Source of the DNA: a virus
Virus record (IMG/VR): IMGVR_UViG_3300045256_000567
Length of the DNA: 64,000 nt
Direction: 5' to 3' (one strand)
Positions within the stretch are counted from its first letter, which is position 1; each line of letters opens with the position of its first letter. Shown one piece after another: positions 30,241-39,904 of the stretch. The notes beneath the pieces are model-generated. The model made no database searches and had not been told where the DNA came from. It worked only from the letters and a program-made list of their open reading frames with translations. The position numbers and the translations under genes are program-made.

Positions 30241-30453
30241 TACCCTTACGACCAATCGGCGGCTAGCGTGTATTGTTTATGCTCATTTAGCGAGTAAAGT
30301 TTGCTAGCGAGTGCATTAGAATAAACGCACCAATAAACGCAACGCAAAGAATACCAAAATACAAAATCCCCCTATTGAACAGAGGGGGGGTGAAAAGCGT
30401 TTACTTTTGAAAGCCGATAAACAAATAATCCCCCCAATTCGGGGGGATTTTGT

Positions 30454-30657
30454 CTAATCCTCGATCCTCTGCAAAACCTCCTTACCAGTTTTAGGGTACT
30501 TGAACACCTTATACCGGATCTTGTTGTACTCTACAACCTTACCGGTATCCTGGGGTCCACTTGAAGCGCGACAATTAGGGCAAAGATCAGGAACCCGACC
30601 GACGCCTTTGTACTCAAAAATCGCGCCGCACTTCTTGCACTTCACTAGTTTTTCCAT
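30454..30657 (-). CDS. Small zinc-ribbon protein, copy 1
   Basis: CKKC...CPNC; promoter TTGACA-17-TATTAT at 30692-30720; terminator ~30427-30451. Confidence 0.85.
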   Translation of the reverse strand: MEKLVKCKKCGAIFEYKGVGRVPDLCPNCRASSGPQDTGKVVEYNKIRYKVFKYPKTGKEVLQRIED

Positions 30658-30865
30658 AACAACCCCCTTTGTAGGTTCTTCCTACACCTTTATAATAGCA
30701 TAATAAGTCATAGTTGTCAATAGGTATAATTTAGGTATACTTGAGGCATACTTGAGCGCGTATGCATTTACAAAAGGTTGATAACCTAGAAACTAAAAAA
30801 TGAGTAAACGCTTGGGGTACACAGATTTACAATACCCCCTGTATTAAAAAATACCCCCTTTTAAA

Positions 30866-31327
30866 TCAATCCAAAAACTCTAAATACCCGTCAAATACAC
30901 CTAATGAAAAAGCTTTCTTTCTAGAGGATACCAAGATATCTGCTGTATTACTGTATCTAGAGTGCATGGTATCGTAAACGATTCCTTCTATTACAGATTC
31001 ATTAGAAAGATATATTTTTACTTTTTTCCCGCAAATCTTTTTGCCGTTTGAGAAAAATAGATCTCTAGAGAGTGCGATAACTGTTTCTTTTACTTCTTTT
31101 AATTTCCCACAAGAAGTAGTTAATGGATCATTATCGGTTTCTTGCGAAGAAAGAGTATAGAAAGAAATTCTATTGAGAGGAATTTTATTATTTTCTATTT
31201 CGCGCGATTTTTCTTTAATAAAAAGCATTTTTCCTATTTCTTTTGAGAATTCTAAATATTCATGAGAAGAAGGCGAACTCGAGATTGCACTAGTTAACAT
31301 CAAAGTTAAAATCAGAGTTTTTTTCAT
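30866..31327 (-). CDS. Exported 3D-domain / double-psi beta-barrel (cell-wall glycosylase-like) protein
   Basis: Signal-like N-terminus; YT..ETD.DP..TS.G, IALSRDL, VYDTM and ADIL motifs. Confidence 0.7.
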   Translation of the reverse strand: MKKTLILTLMLTSAISSSPSSHEYLEFSKEIGKMLFIKEKSREIENNKIPLNRISFYTLSSQETDNDPLTTSCGKLKEVKETVIALSRDLFFSNGKKICGKKVKIYLSNESVIEGIVYDTMHSRYSNTADILVSSRKKAFSLGVFDGYLEFLD

Positions 31328-31408
31328 TTATACCTCCGCTACGTTCTACAGTACTAATACACGACAGTCTAACACATATGAAACAATACTACAAACTAAA
31401 GCGTTTAT

Positions 31409-31441
31409 TTTGATTTGTGCATTTTTTGCACAAATCAAAAA
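31409..31441. terminator. Intrinsic terminator hairpin
   Basis: TTTGATTTGTGCA-loop-TGCACAAATCAAA. Confidence 0.7.
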
Positions 31442-31443
31442 AT

Positions 31444-31968
31444 TCAAAACACTTCAAAAAAATTAAAATGACTATAACTGTAGAATTTAATTTCTTTTAT
31501 GTATTTATTTTCCTGAAAATTTATTTTTTTATTACTAAAAAGTAAAAATGAAGATCTAATAACACATCTTGTTTTTCCTTTGTATAGTTCTATAGTTTCA
31601 TTAAAGTCTATAGAATCTGCTATTTTGTTTAAATCATAGTTATATTCTTTTAAATCAAAAAAGGCGTTTTTTGTAACTTCACTATTTGGACTTTTATAGA
31701 TAGGTTTTTCATTATAAAATTTTATTTTCAAATCAATGTTTATTCCCGAAAAATCAAGAAAAAACTTTTCTAATAATTTAGAAAATTCGTTTTCGTGTAT
31801 CTCATAATAATTTGTAGTTTCTTTAATATTTGGGGCGTTTTTTTCTACATATACATAATAGATATTAGAATCTTTCCTGCATGTATTTATTGCGTAGAAA
31901 TTTCCAAATTTGGAAACGATTTTATCTAATAAAGTTTTTTTTAATTCAAGTAGCGAGTTTTTGCGCAT
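31444..31968 (-). CDS. C-terminal-Phe family protein (ends FFEVF)
   Basis: TATACT-6 nt-ATG leaderless start; similar to 34164-34685. Confidence 0.8.
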   Translation of the reverse strand: MRKNSLLELKKTLLDKIVSKFGNFYAINTCRKDSNIYYVYVEKNAPNIKETTNYYEIHENEFSKLLEKFFLDFSGINIDLKIKFYNEKPIYKSPNSEVTKNAFFDLKEYNYDLNKIADSIDFNETIELYKGKTRCVIRSSFLLFSNKKINFQENKYIKEIKFYSYSHFNFFEVF

Positions 31969-32017
31969 AGTTTCAGTATACAGCGTTTACTTTTAGAAAA
32001 ATTTTTCAAACCAAAAA

Positions 32018-32533
32018 TCAAAATATACTAACAACGTTAGCGGAGCGAAAGATAGAAAATTCAATAAAGTTTAAAATGTAGTCATCATTTAACTCACATC
32101 TACCGTTTGGGTACAAAAGTATAGATATTTTTACTAACAAATTTTTTACTTCTTTTATATCTTCCGGTTTTTTGAAGTTAATAGTTTTTAATCCATACAG
32201 AAGCTTTTCTAAATCTTTTCCAAAATCGGCGAAATTTAAAGATAGAATAGTATATTCCAACAAGGCATCATCGCAATATGGGTAAATAAATACTTTTGTT
32301 GTACCCAATCGATCTTTAATATTTTCTGTGTTAATAATTTCATTAAACCTGTCTGTACTTAATGGATAGTTTTCTGAATGACCGTCTGAATAGGTTACTG
32401 TAATACCGCGAATATAATTTGAGAAAAAATTATTTAAGTAGTTAGCTTCTAATGAATAATTTTTAACAATTTGAAGTAAAAAATAATCAGCAACTTCATC
32501 AAAAATATCATCAAAAGTTGTGTAGGTAAGCAT
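32018..32533 (-). CDS. C-terminal-Phe family protein (ends VVSIF)
   Basis: TTGACC-18-TACACT-5 nt-ATG. Confidence 0.8.
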   Translation of the reverse strand: MLTYTTFDDIFDEVADYFLLQIVKNYSLEANYLNNFFSNYIRGITVTYSDGHSENYPLSTDRFNEIINTENIKDRLGTTKVFIYPYCDDALLEYTILSLNFADFGKDLEKLLYGLKTINFKKPEDIKEVKNLLVKISILLYPNGRCELNDDYILNFIEFSIFRSANVVSIF

Positions 32534-32626
32534 GCTTTAGTGTACCACGACACATACTAGCAGGTCAAGTACACATATAGAGGAATAGCGTTTACTTTTG
32601 AAAAGTGGGAAAAAATAAAAACCCCC

Positions 32627-32746
32627 TTATTCGGGGGTTTTAGAATCCTTGGATTCAGAATTCTTTGATTCTGCATATCCTTCTTCCTTCAATTCCTTTA
32701 AAATCCATCTCGAATCTTCAATTGAGATACCAGATTCCATCAAATC
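32627..32746 (-). pseudogene. 5'-truncated paralogue of the 46-aa gene at 29583-29723
   Basis: Reads DLMESGISIEDSRWILKELKEEGY...KTPE*; begins exactly at the mini-IS right end. Confidence 0.8.
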
Positions 32747-32912
32747 GTGACGACTCCTAATTCTAAAGAATTAGGCTTCTCGCATTTAGCGAAGGCTCCG
32801 TCCAAGCCATTATCGGTATTTTCTTATTTTCCCGATAATTACCTTGAATCTTATGATTCAAGTACCTACCAGCATTTTCAGCTTTGTAGGATTTGGTGTG
32901 CTTATCTTGCAC
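32727..32912 (-). ncRNA. Putative TnpB omega-RNA (guide GATTTGATGGAATCTGGTAT)
   Basis: TGGTATAAT promoter, several hairpins and the tnpB 3'-end scaffold; guide assigned from known IS200/IS605 biology. Confidence 0.55.
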
Positions 32913-32990
32913 AAGTTCATTATACCATAGAATTTCAATTTTTGCATTCATCCTACGCCTAAAGGCGTAGGTTTTCTGCAAATCAATGTT
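32747..32990 (-). mobile_element. 244-bp non-autonomous IS200/IS605 derivative; probable stand-alone omega-RNA cassette
   Basis: Left end after TTAT, -10 promoter, structured core, right end TCAC. Confidence 0.85.
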
Positions 32991-33154
32991 ATAAATGTAA
33001 AGTCAGTTAGCGGGTGTTATTGTGGTAAACGCACCAATAAACGCACCGAGAAGAATACCAAAACACAAAACCCCCCAATCCAAAAAGAGGATGAGCGTTT
33101 ACTTTTGAACACCCATAAACAAATAATCCCCCCAATTCGGGGGGATTTTGACTA

Positions 33155-33361
33155 CTAGTCAATACGCTGCAAAACCTCCTTACCAGTTTTAGGGTACTTG
33201 AGTACCCTATATGTAACGCCGTTATGTTCTATCACCCTTCCAGTATCTTGAGGACCGCTTGCCGCTCTACAATTAGGGCAGAGATCAGGCACCCTGCCGA
33301 CACCGGCATACTCGAAGATTGCCCCACACTTCTTGCACTTCACGAACTTTACATTAGGCAT
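33155..33361 (-). CDS. Small zinc-ribbon protein, copy 2
   Basis: Close paralogue of 30454-30657; promoter 33397-33425. Confidence 0.85.
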   Translation of the reverse strand: MPNVKFVKCKKCGAIFEYAGVGRVPDLCPNCRAASGPQDTGRVIEHNGVTYRVLKYPKTGKEVLQRID

Positions 33362-33599
33362 GACTCACCTCTCTTGTAGGTTCTCCCTACACCTTTATAA
33401 TAGCATAATAAGTCATAGTTGTCAATAGGTATACTTGAGGCATACTTGAACGCGTATGCATTTACAAAAGGTTGCTAACCTAGAAACTAAAAAATGAGTA
33501 AACGCTTGGGGGGGTGAATTTAAACTAATACCCCCATTCGCTAAAATGGGGGTAACTAATAGCGTTTACTTTTTAGGCGCGGATTTAAAAAAATTTAAT

Positions 33600-34106
33600 C
33601 TAAAAAAGTTGTACAACTGAAAATGTCCTATTTATGCGTATACTTATTCCAAGTACTTTACAGTCTTTGTCTTTCTTTAATATTTCATTTAGTGATATAT
33701 CTTTTTTAATACTGTAAAACATAGAAACTCTTATATTTATTTCCCCGTTATGTATTTTTTCTATTTCTCTTTTAGCTTCCGAAAATCTATCTACTAGAAA
33801 GAAATCAAATAATCTTTCTTCATTATGAGAAAAAAAGTTATTTAGAGTATTTACGTATGTGTCTTCCTTTGTGTAAGAAACAACAATATCTACAGATTCA
33901 AATTTTATGTATTTTTTATATTTTCTTTCTATCATTTCTATTGTTTTTTTATCTACTAAAGTAAACGGCATTGATACGTCATCTAGTCTCTCCAATTCCA
34001 ATAAATATAAATCCTTTTCCTCCTTAGAAAATAGTTTAATAAATTCGCTTTCAAGTTCATAGTTAATTACCTCCACTAGTAAATTTGCTTTATTTATTAT
34101 ATTCAT
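33600..34106 (-). CDS. C-terminal-Phe family protein (VVQLF)
   Basis: ORF with G-rich SD. Confidence 0.8.
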   Translation of the reverse strand: MNIINKANLLVEVINYELESEFIKLFSKEEKDLYLLELERLDDVSMPFTLVDKKTIEMIERKYKKYIKFESVDIVVSYTKEDTYVNTLNNFFSHNEERLFDFFLVDRFSEAKREIEKIHNGEINIRVSMFYSIKKDISLNEILKKDKDCKVLGISIRINRTFSVVQLF

Positions 34107-34163
34107 TTTTCCCCCCTTCTAGTTTTGGTACACTATATATACTATAGATATATGGAGCAGTGG

Positions 34164-34685
34164 CTAGAATAAGGTTGCTGTATCTATAAACCTGTACATA
34201 TAATAAGATAAATTTTTTATATACTCATTTTCCATTATTCTTATACCGGCGTCGCTGTAAAAAATAAATGAATACCTTACAGTGAGTTTATTTTTGCTAG
34301 TTACAGACTCTGTAATATCTAAAGGTTCAAAGGATTCAAATACTTGTTCTATGTTATAGTCATAATCTTCTAAACTAAATTCTGAATATGATTTGTATAA
34401 AGGAAAATGTGCCTGTGTGAATGGATTACTATCGTATATTTGTATTCCAACTTCTACTGCCTCAAAATCAAAAAGATATTTATCTAATAGCTGTAAAAAT
34501 TCTTCTTTATCAATATCATGTTCAAGTTCTTCTGTTTCCTCAAAGCGAAAATGAATGAATTCTGTAAAAAGTTTAAATAATTCTTTATTTTTATTATTAA
34601 TATTTAAAATTTGATTTTCAGTAATTGCAGATTTAATACTTTTTAAAACTTTGCTTTCTAGCATATCAGTGGCTTCAGGCATCAT
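34164..34685 (-). CDS. C-terminal-Phe family protein (TATLF)
   Basis: ORF with GGGAG SD. Confidence 0.8.
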   Translation of the reverse strand: MMPEATDMLESKVLKSIKSAITENQILNINNKNKELFKLFTEFIHFRFEETEELEHDIDKEEFLQLLDKYLFDFEAVEVGIQIYDSNPFTQAHFPLYKSYSEFSLEDYDYNIEQVFESFEPLDITESVTSKNKLTVRYSFIFYSDAGIRIMENEYIKNLSYYMYRFIDTATLF

Positions 34686-34701
34686 ACAGTTTTTCCTCCC
34701 T

Positions 34702-35109
34702 TTAAAACAGCTCTCTAGTAAGTATAATTATATTAAAACTCACAAATACTTTTTTACAGGGTACATCTTCAAAAATTTTTTTATCATTTTTAACTTCACA
34801 TGAAAAATGAAAAATAGTTTTAAAATAATTTTCTTTAATCATTTTTAAAGTATGCAAATGAACAAAGTCATTTAGTGTTTTTAATTTTTTAGTTGATGAA
34901 AACGTGGATAAGGTTTTTGTTAATTCAGTTTCGTCAATAACATAATTTCTAAAGGATATTTTTTTTACAATAGCATCATTGGCGTTATTTCTATATTTAA
35001 CGTCGGGAATATATATAACTTCGTGTACGTAGGTGCTATAATTTTGATAAATAGTAGATTTAGCAGTGTTAATTAACTCATTTTTTATCTCTTCTATAGT
35101 TCTGTTCAT
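34702..35109 (-). CDS. C-terminal-Phe family protein (TRELF)
   Basis: ORF with GGAGG SD. Confidence 0.8.
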   Translation of the reverse strand: MNRTIEEIKNELINTAKSTIYQNYSTYVHEVIYIPDVKYRNNANDAIVKKISFRNYVIDETELTKTLSTFSSTKKLKTLNDFVHLHTLKMIKENYFKTIFHFSCEVKNDKKIFEDVPCKKVFVSFNIIILTRELF

Positions 35110-35123
35110 TTTTATCCTCCCTC

Positions 35124-35708
35124 TTAAAACAGTTCTTTTACATCTACGAGATACGTGAACATAACTTCTATGGGCAGTGTTTTTATGTGTTTTATTTCTA
35201 TGTTATTAATTGGGTACCAAGTAACACTTGTTTTGTGGTTTTTTAAAATAGAATACAGCTCAAATACATCTTCTTTATTTCCTATCAAAGGAAATTCTAT
35301 ATCTAATCTAAAAAAATGACAATTAAGAAAATCTTGTAATGAAAATACATATCTTGTCTTATACACTTCAATTATTCTATAAAATGCTTCCCTTAACTTA
35401 AAGTTAGCAAGATTTGTTTTTTTATCAAATACAGTAAAGTCTCTGAAATATGACATTATATCAACAAAAATATTATTTTCTATTACCTCAAATCTATTTA
35501 ATATATCTGTTAGTTTTTCGTATTCGTTATTTTTTATAACCGCCCACAATAAAGATCTATTATCTCTTTTTTTATCAATAAATTCTATAGTAATTTTTTC
35601 AGATATAGAGTTGGGAACTAAATAAAAATCTCTAAAATATTCTTCCGTTAAACACACCAAATCATTTCTTAGTGTTTCGGATATTTTTTTTGTTTCATCA
35701 AGCTTCAT
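35124..35708 (-). CDS. C-terminal-Phe family protein (VKELF)
   Basis: ORF with SD; paralogue of 35733-36338 (WYP/WFP, FFRL/FFQL). Confidence 0.8.
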   Translation of the reverse strand: MKLDETKKISETLRNDLVCLTEEYFRDFYLVPNSISEKITIEFIDKKRDNRSLLWAVIKNNEYEKLTDILNRFEVIENNIFVDIMSYFRDFTVFDKKTNLANFKLREAFYRIIEVYKTRYVFSLQDFLNCHFFRLDIEFPLIGNKEDVFELYSILKNHKTSVTWYPINNIEIKHIKTLPIEVMFTYLVDVKELF

Positions 35709-35732
35709 TTACACACCTCCCCCTACAAACTT

Positions 35733-36338
35733 CTAAAATAATTTGTTTATTTTTGCTCCGAATAAAAACTCTATTTCTACAAAAACATTGTTGCTATTAT
35801 TGAAAGTTATTTCTTTATATGGAAACCAGGACGATTTTATAGTGTTGTTTCTAAGAACGTTAAACAATTCAATCATGTAATTTGTGTTAGTTCTTTCTAA
35901 GAATACAGATTCTAAGCGCAATTGAAAAAATTGTTTTTCTAGATAATCTTCACTTAGAATATGTATACTTTTGTAACTGTCCATTAGTTCGAAAAAACTT
36001 TTATTTATATCAAAATTATGGATTGGCTTAATTAAATCATCAAAAAATATGTAATTGCTGTAATATGTATTTAATTTAGTGTTAACATTTTTTTGTACTT
36101 CAAGTTCATTTAAAATATCTTCAGCTAATAACAAAATATCTTTACAGGTAACTAATTTTGTTATAGTTCTATCAATCCCGCTTCCTAAAAGACGATCTCC
36201 ATTGTCAATAAATGTTACAAAAATATTTTCTTGGCACAAGCTAACACAATTATTAAAATTATCAAAATATTTTTCAATAGCGTAACAAAATTCATTTTTA
36301 AAATGATAAGCTTGATTTTTTATTTCGCTAAAGTTCAT
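35733..36338 (-). CDS. C-terminal-Phe family protein (INKLF)
   Basis: ORF with AGGAGG SD. Confidence 0.8.
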   Translation of the reverse strand: MNFSEIKNQAYHFKNEFCYAIEKYFDNFNNCVSLCQENIFVTFIDNGDRLLGSGIDRTITKLVTCKDILLLAEDILNELEVQKNVNTKLNTYYSNYIFFDDLIKPIHNFDINKSFFELMDSYKSIHILSEDYLEKQFFQLRLESVFLERTNTNYMIELFNVLRNNTIKSSWFPYKEITFNNSNNVFVEIEFLFGAKINKLF

Positions 36339-36352
36339 GGTTTACCTCCTGT

Positions 36353-36781
36353 TTAAAACAAAGGTAAAATATTAAACAAATGTTCTTCAAACACATGATA
36401 ATTTTCATCATGAATGTCTAAAGAAATTTTAATTTTTCCAACTTTTTGAACTTCAGAAATTTCTTTATAAATTTTTTCAATGAATTTATAAAAGTCATTT
36501 ATTTTATAATCAAAGTAAATGCTAGAAATATAAAATGATTCTCCGCTTTTAGCGAAATTAGACGTACCATCCCAAAGTACAAAGCTAATATTATAAGAAA
36601 TGTGCAAGTCTTTTAAATTCTTTTTTTCTTTTCTTGGACTTACATATTCGTCTATTTTTTTTAGAAAGTGAGTATTTACATATTTATTTAAATCAAATAA
36701 TTGAATTCTATAAGGTTCAACTATATCTTTTAATCTTTTTACTTCTTTTAAGATTTCCTGGTTTTTGTTAGGCTTGTACAT
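36353..36781 (-). CDS. C-terminal-Phe family protein (ILPLF), leaderless
   Basis: TTGACT-17-TATCCT-6 nt-ATG at 36781. Confidence 0.8.
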   Translation of the reverse strand: MYKPNKNQEILKEVKRLKDIVEPYRIQLFDLNKYVNTHFLKKIDEYVSPRKEKKNLKDLHISYNISFVLWDGTSNFAKSGESFYISSIYFDYKINDFYKFIEKIYKEISEVQKVGKIKISLDIHDENYHVFEEHLFNILPLF

Positions 36782-36860
36782 GACTATAGGATACACCCAC
36801 AGCAGTCTACAGTCAAGCCTGCTGCTACTTAGCGTTTATTTTTTTCGCCTAAAACTAGTA

Positions 36861-37469
36861 TTAAAAAATATTTTGTAAAGTAATGTTTTTATAAAAAATA
36901 CAAGTTACTAAAAGATTCCCCGCTTCAAGTATTTCAATCATCATACTTTTGTCAAATTCATTAAATGAATCCGTGGAAAAAAATATATCTTTATTGTTTT
37001 CTATAAAGTTTTTTATTTTATTTTTTTCATTTTTTAGTTCAAAGTCTACGTGAGATTGTATAAAGTTTATATTTATATTTGATTTTATACAATCATTGAT
37101 TGATTTATTTATTTTTAAAAGAATATTCTTTTCGTTTCTATGTAATTCCTCATTTAAATAATTAAAGTTATTTTGTACGTCTAGGGGTCCCTCTTCAACA
37201 GATATGTATGTGTATATTTTTGAATAATCTACTTTTATTTTTCCTATAGAATTTAGTACTTTTCTGTATAGAGGATTGTTTGCATCTACTGAAGCTATAA
37301 ACAATTCTCCGTAATCTCTTCTATTTATATCATTTCTATTTTCTACTTCATCGAAGAAAATATAAAAAATATCTTCTTCATTTAAAATTACTGATGGAAG
37401 GTTTTTATTAATTATTTTTTTAAGGGATAAGTGAAATCTTTCAGCAATTCTTTCTAATTTTGTTAACAT
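36861..37469 (-). CDS. C-terminal-Phe family protein (LQNIF)
   Basis: ATG 37469 preceded by GGGG SD. Confidence 0.8.
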   Translation of the reverse strand: MLTKLERIAERFHLSLKKIINKNLPSVILNEEDIFYIFFDEVENRNDINRRDYGELFIASVDANNPLYRKVLNSIGKIKVDYSKIYTYISVEEGPLDVQNNFNYLNEELHRNEKNILLKINKSINDCIKSNININFIQSHVDFELKNEKNKIKNFIENNKDIFFSTDSFNEFDKSMMIEILEAGNLLVTCIFYKNITLQNIF

Positions 37470-37487
37470 AACTAACCCCACAAAAAA

Positions 37488-38048
37488 TTAAAAAATCTCA
37501 TCTAATTTTACCGTTATATAACCAGTAAATTTTACAATACTTGAATCATTAAAGTTAGTATTAAAAATTTCATTACGAATTTCGTACCACACTTCATTAT
37601 TTATTTTATCATTAATAGACAGAATGTATTTTCTGAAAGATTCAACGAGGATTGAATCAATAGTTATATCTTTATATTCATTAGAAAATGAACATAACAC
37701 TCCTTTACTAGTAGAATTAGATAGATGTTTTGCTAATTTATTTAACCCCCTATAATAAATTCCGGTAGGTCTGGTTACTTTGTTCAATCTATAGTGCATG
37801 TATTTAGTACCATTTAATATCCTAACTGAAACACTTTTTTTGCTGAAAAGAAAGTTGTTGAAAAAAGACAGTAGTAAATAAAACTCTTTAGTTCCCAAAT
37901 CAACAGAAATACACCCATTTAGTCCACTAAAATTTTTTCTTTTATAGAAGCATAGCGATAATGTTTTTTCTAAAGTTATAATTAAAAATCTTGGAAGTGT
38001 TTTTTTGAATTTTTCTACAACAATCTCTATATCCGTTTCTTTTATCAT
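37488..38048 (-). CDS. C-terminal-Phe family protein (LDEIF)
   Basis: Clear paralogue of 38062-38619. Confidence 0.8.
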   Translation of the reverse strand: MIKETDIEIVVEKFKKTLPRFLIITLEKTLSLCFYKRKNFSGLNGCISVDLGTKEFYLLLSFFNNFLFSKKSVSVRILNGTKYMHYRLNKVTRPTGIYYRGLNKLAKHLSNSTSKGVLCSFSNEYKDITIDSILVESFRKYILSINDKINNEVWYEIRNEIFNTNFNDSSIVKFTGYITVKLDEIF

Positions 38049-38061
38049 TATCCCCCCTAAT

Positions 38062-38619
38062 TTAAAAAAGTTGTTCTAGTTTTAATGATATGTAACTAGT
38101 ACAAAACATATCACTTGAATTTATAAAGTAAGGTCGCAAAATTTCTTCATTAAGGTCTCTAAATAAATCGTCACTTATCTCTCCCTTTAAAGAAGAAACA
38201 TAATTTACAAATGAATTAACAATTATTGGATCCAGGTCTATGTGTGAATATTTATGAGAAAGTGTGCAAACTAATTGTTCATTACTTATACTAGATAAAT
38301 TTTCTACTAATTTTTTTATACCTCTATAATAAACCTTATTATTGTTTCTCACAATATCGATTCGCTCATATGAAAAATCATGTCCCTTTAAAATTCTTAT
38401 ATTTATACTTTGTTTGCTAAAAAGACGTTCCTTAAAAAATGATTGTATTAAATCAAATTCTCTGGTTCCTAAAGTTACAACAATAATTCCTGTAACATCA
38501 TTTATATATCTTTTTCTGTAAAAATTAAAAACCATTACTTTTTCTAATTCAGTAATCAAAAAATTAGAAAACCTGATTTTAAACTTCTCTGCTACTATTT
38601 CTATATCACTATTATTCAT
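38062..38619 (-). CDS. C-terminal-Phe family protein (LEQLF)
   Basis: DIEIV.EKFK, LGT.EF and YYRG shared with the neighbouring gene. Confidence 0.8.
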   Translation of the reverse strand: MNNSDIEIVAEKFKIRFSNFLITELEKVMVFNFYRKRYINDVTGIIVVTLGTREFDLIQSFFKERLFSKQSINIRILKGHDFSYERIDIVRNNNKVYYRGIKKLVENLSSISNEQLVCTLSHKYSHIDLDPIIVNSFVNYVSSLKGEISDDLFRDLNEEILRPYFINSSDMFCTSYISLKLEQLF

Positions 38620-38660
38620 TTTGTCCTCCCTTTTTAGAGAAGTTCTTCTAAGCTTTTCTT

Positions 38661-39143
38661 TTAAAATAGCGGAGAAAAAGAAAATTGTACTTTCATAAAA
38701 TAAAGAACTTTTTTTGCCTCTTCAATATTTTCTGAAGGAAATAAATTCTTCAGTTCTTTTAATTTTTTCTCGTCAATAAAAAAATGAGATGTAAGATAAA
38801 AATTTACTAATATAGCAGTATCGGCACTATTATAAAGAAAAAATCTAATGGTATCAAAAAATCCAGTTTCAGAATTGAAACATTTTATCTTTGATTTATT
38901 TTCTTTGTGAGAAACAGAAAAATCATAATATGAAGGAGGTACATTAGAAAATAAAGTAGATATAACAATATAATTCTTATCTGTATTTTTTATTTTCTCA
39001 TTTTTAATTTTTTTGTAGCGCCCTTCGTCATATCTGTAAAATGAAATACTTATAATATCAAGTTCTGTACTAACATAATATCCTTCCGCAAAATATTTTA
39101 TTTTTTGTTGTATTCTTTCTTTTTCTTTTATCATTATTTTCAC
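38661..39143 (-). CDS. C-terminal-Phe family protein (FSPLF)
   Basis: ORF in operon. Confidence 0.8.
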   Translation of the reverse strand: MKIMIKEKERIQQKIKYFAEGYYVSTELDIISISFYRYDEGRYKKIKNEKIKNTDKNYIVISTLFSNVPPSYYDFSVSHKENKSKIKCFNSETGFFDTIRFFLYNSADTAILVNFYLTSHFFIDEKKLKELKNLFPSENIEEAKKVLYFMKVQFSFSPLF

Positions 39144-39148
39144 CCCCT

Positions 39149-39721
39149 TTAAAAAAGTTCTTCTAAAGAAGTTTCAACAAAGAATGTTATTTCTATTTGA
39201 TTCGTACGCTTAAACTCCGTTGAAGATATCTTCTCTTCAATCTTATTGAATAGACTATTGCTAATGTTATTTTTTAGAGCAAGCAAATTTTTCTTTATTT
39301 TCTGCAATTCTTCTGGATACACGAATAACCAAAAAACCTTAAAGAAAAAACAATGTACATCTTCTTTCGATCTATCTAAAAAATTTGCTATACGCTTATG
39401 TCCTGTATAATATTTATTATCTTTTATGGGATATAAAATTTCGGTTTTATAATTTCCCGGTTGACTAATTCCTATACGAATATGGTTTTCGCTATATGTT
39501 GGTTTTATTAATATAGCGTCAATAACCTTATTTATAGATTCTACATTCTCTTCTACGTATAAATACCAGGAATTATTGAATCTTAATAAATCACGGGTTC
39601 TTTCATAAAATGAGATTTTTACATAAGTTTTATGAATAGTGAGAAAGCGATTTTTCTGAATTTTTTTACTTATCTTCTTTACCTGATTTTCTAATTCCAC
39701 AAGCAGGCTGTATGCATCCAT
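39149..39721 (-). CDS. C-terminal-Phe family protein (LEELF), leaderless
   Basis: TTGACT-17-TATGCT-6 nt-ATG. Confidence 0.8.
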   Translation of the reverse strand: MDAYSLLVELENQVKKISKKIQKNRFLTIHKTYVKISFYERTRDLLRFNNSWYLYVEENVESINKVIDAILIKPTYSENHIRIGISQPGNYKTEILYPIKDNKYYTGHKRIANFLDRSKEDVHCFFFKVFWLFVYPEELQKIKKNLLALKNNISNSLFNKIEEKISSTEFKRTNQIEITFFVETSLEELF

Positions 39722-39904
39722 GTCTACAGCATACAGCCTGCAAGTGCTACAGTCAAGTGTAGCACGTCATAGCGTTTACTTTGGCGTAGCGTTTACTTTG
39801 GCCTAGCAGCTAACCTAGTACACGCCATAGAACAATATATAGGAATAGCGTTTACTTTTTGAAGTCTTTTTCTTTCGATTTGCGAAACAAAAAATATTCC
39901 GAGT

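Noticed and set aside
29487-30404. TAAACGC...GCGTTTA pairs as integron attC sites
   Set aside because: GTTTACT does not fit GTTRRRY, no L boxes or extended stem were seen, and no integrase is in the window.
39770-39802. Tandem TAGCGTTTACTTTGGC as a possible mini-CRISPR
   Set aside because: Only two adjacent copies with no spacer; they are copies of the dispersed box.
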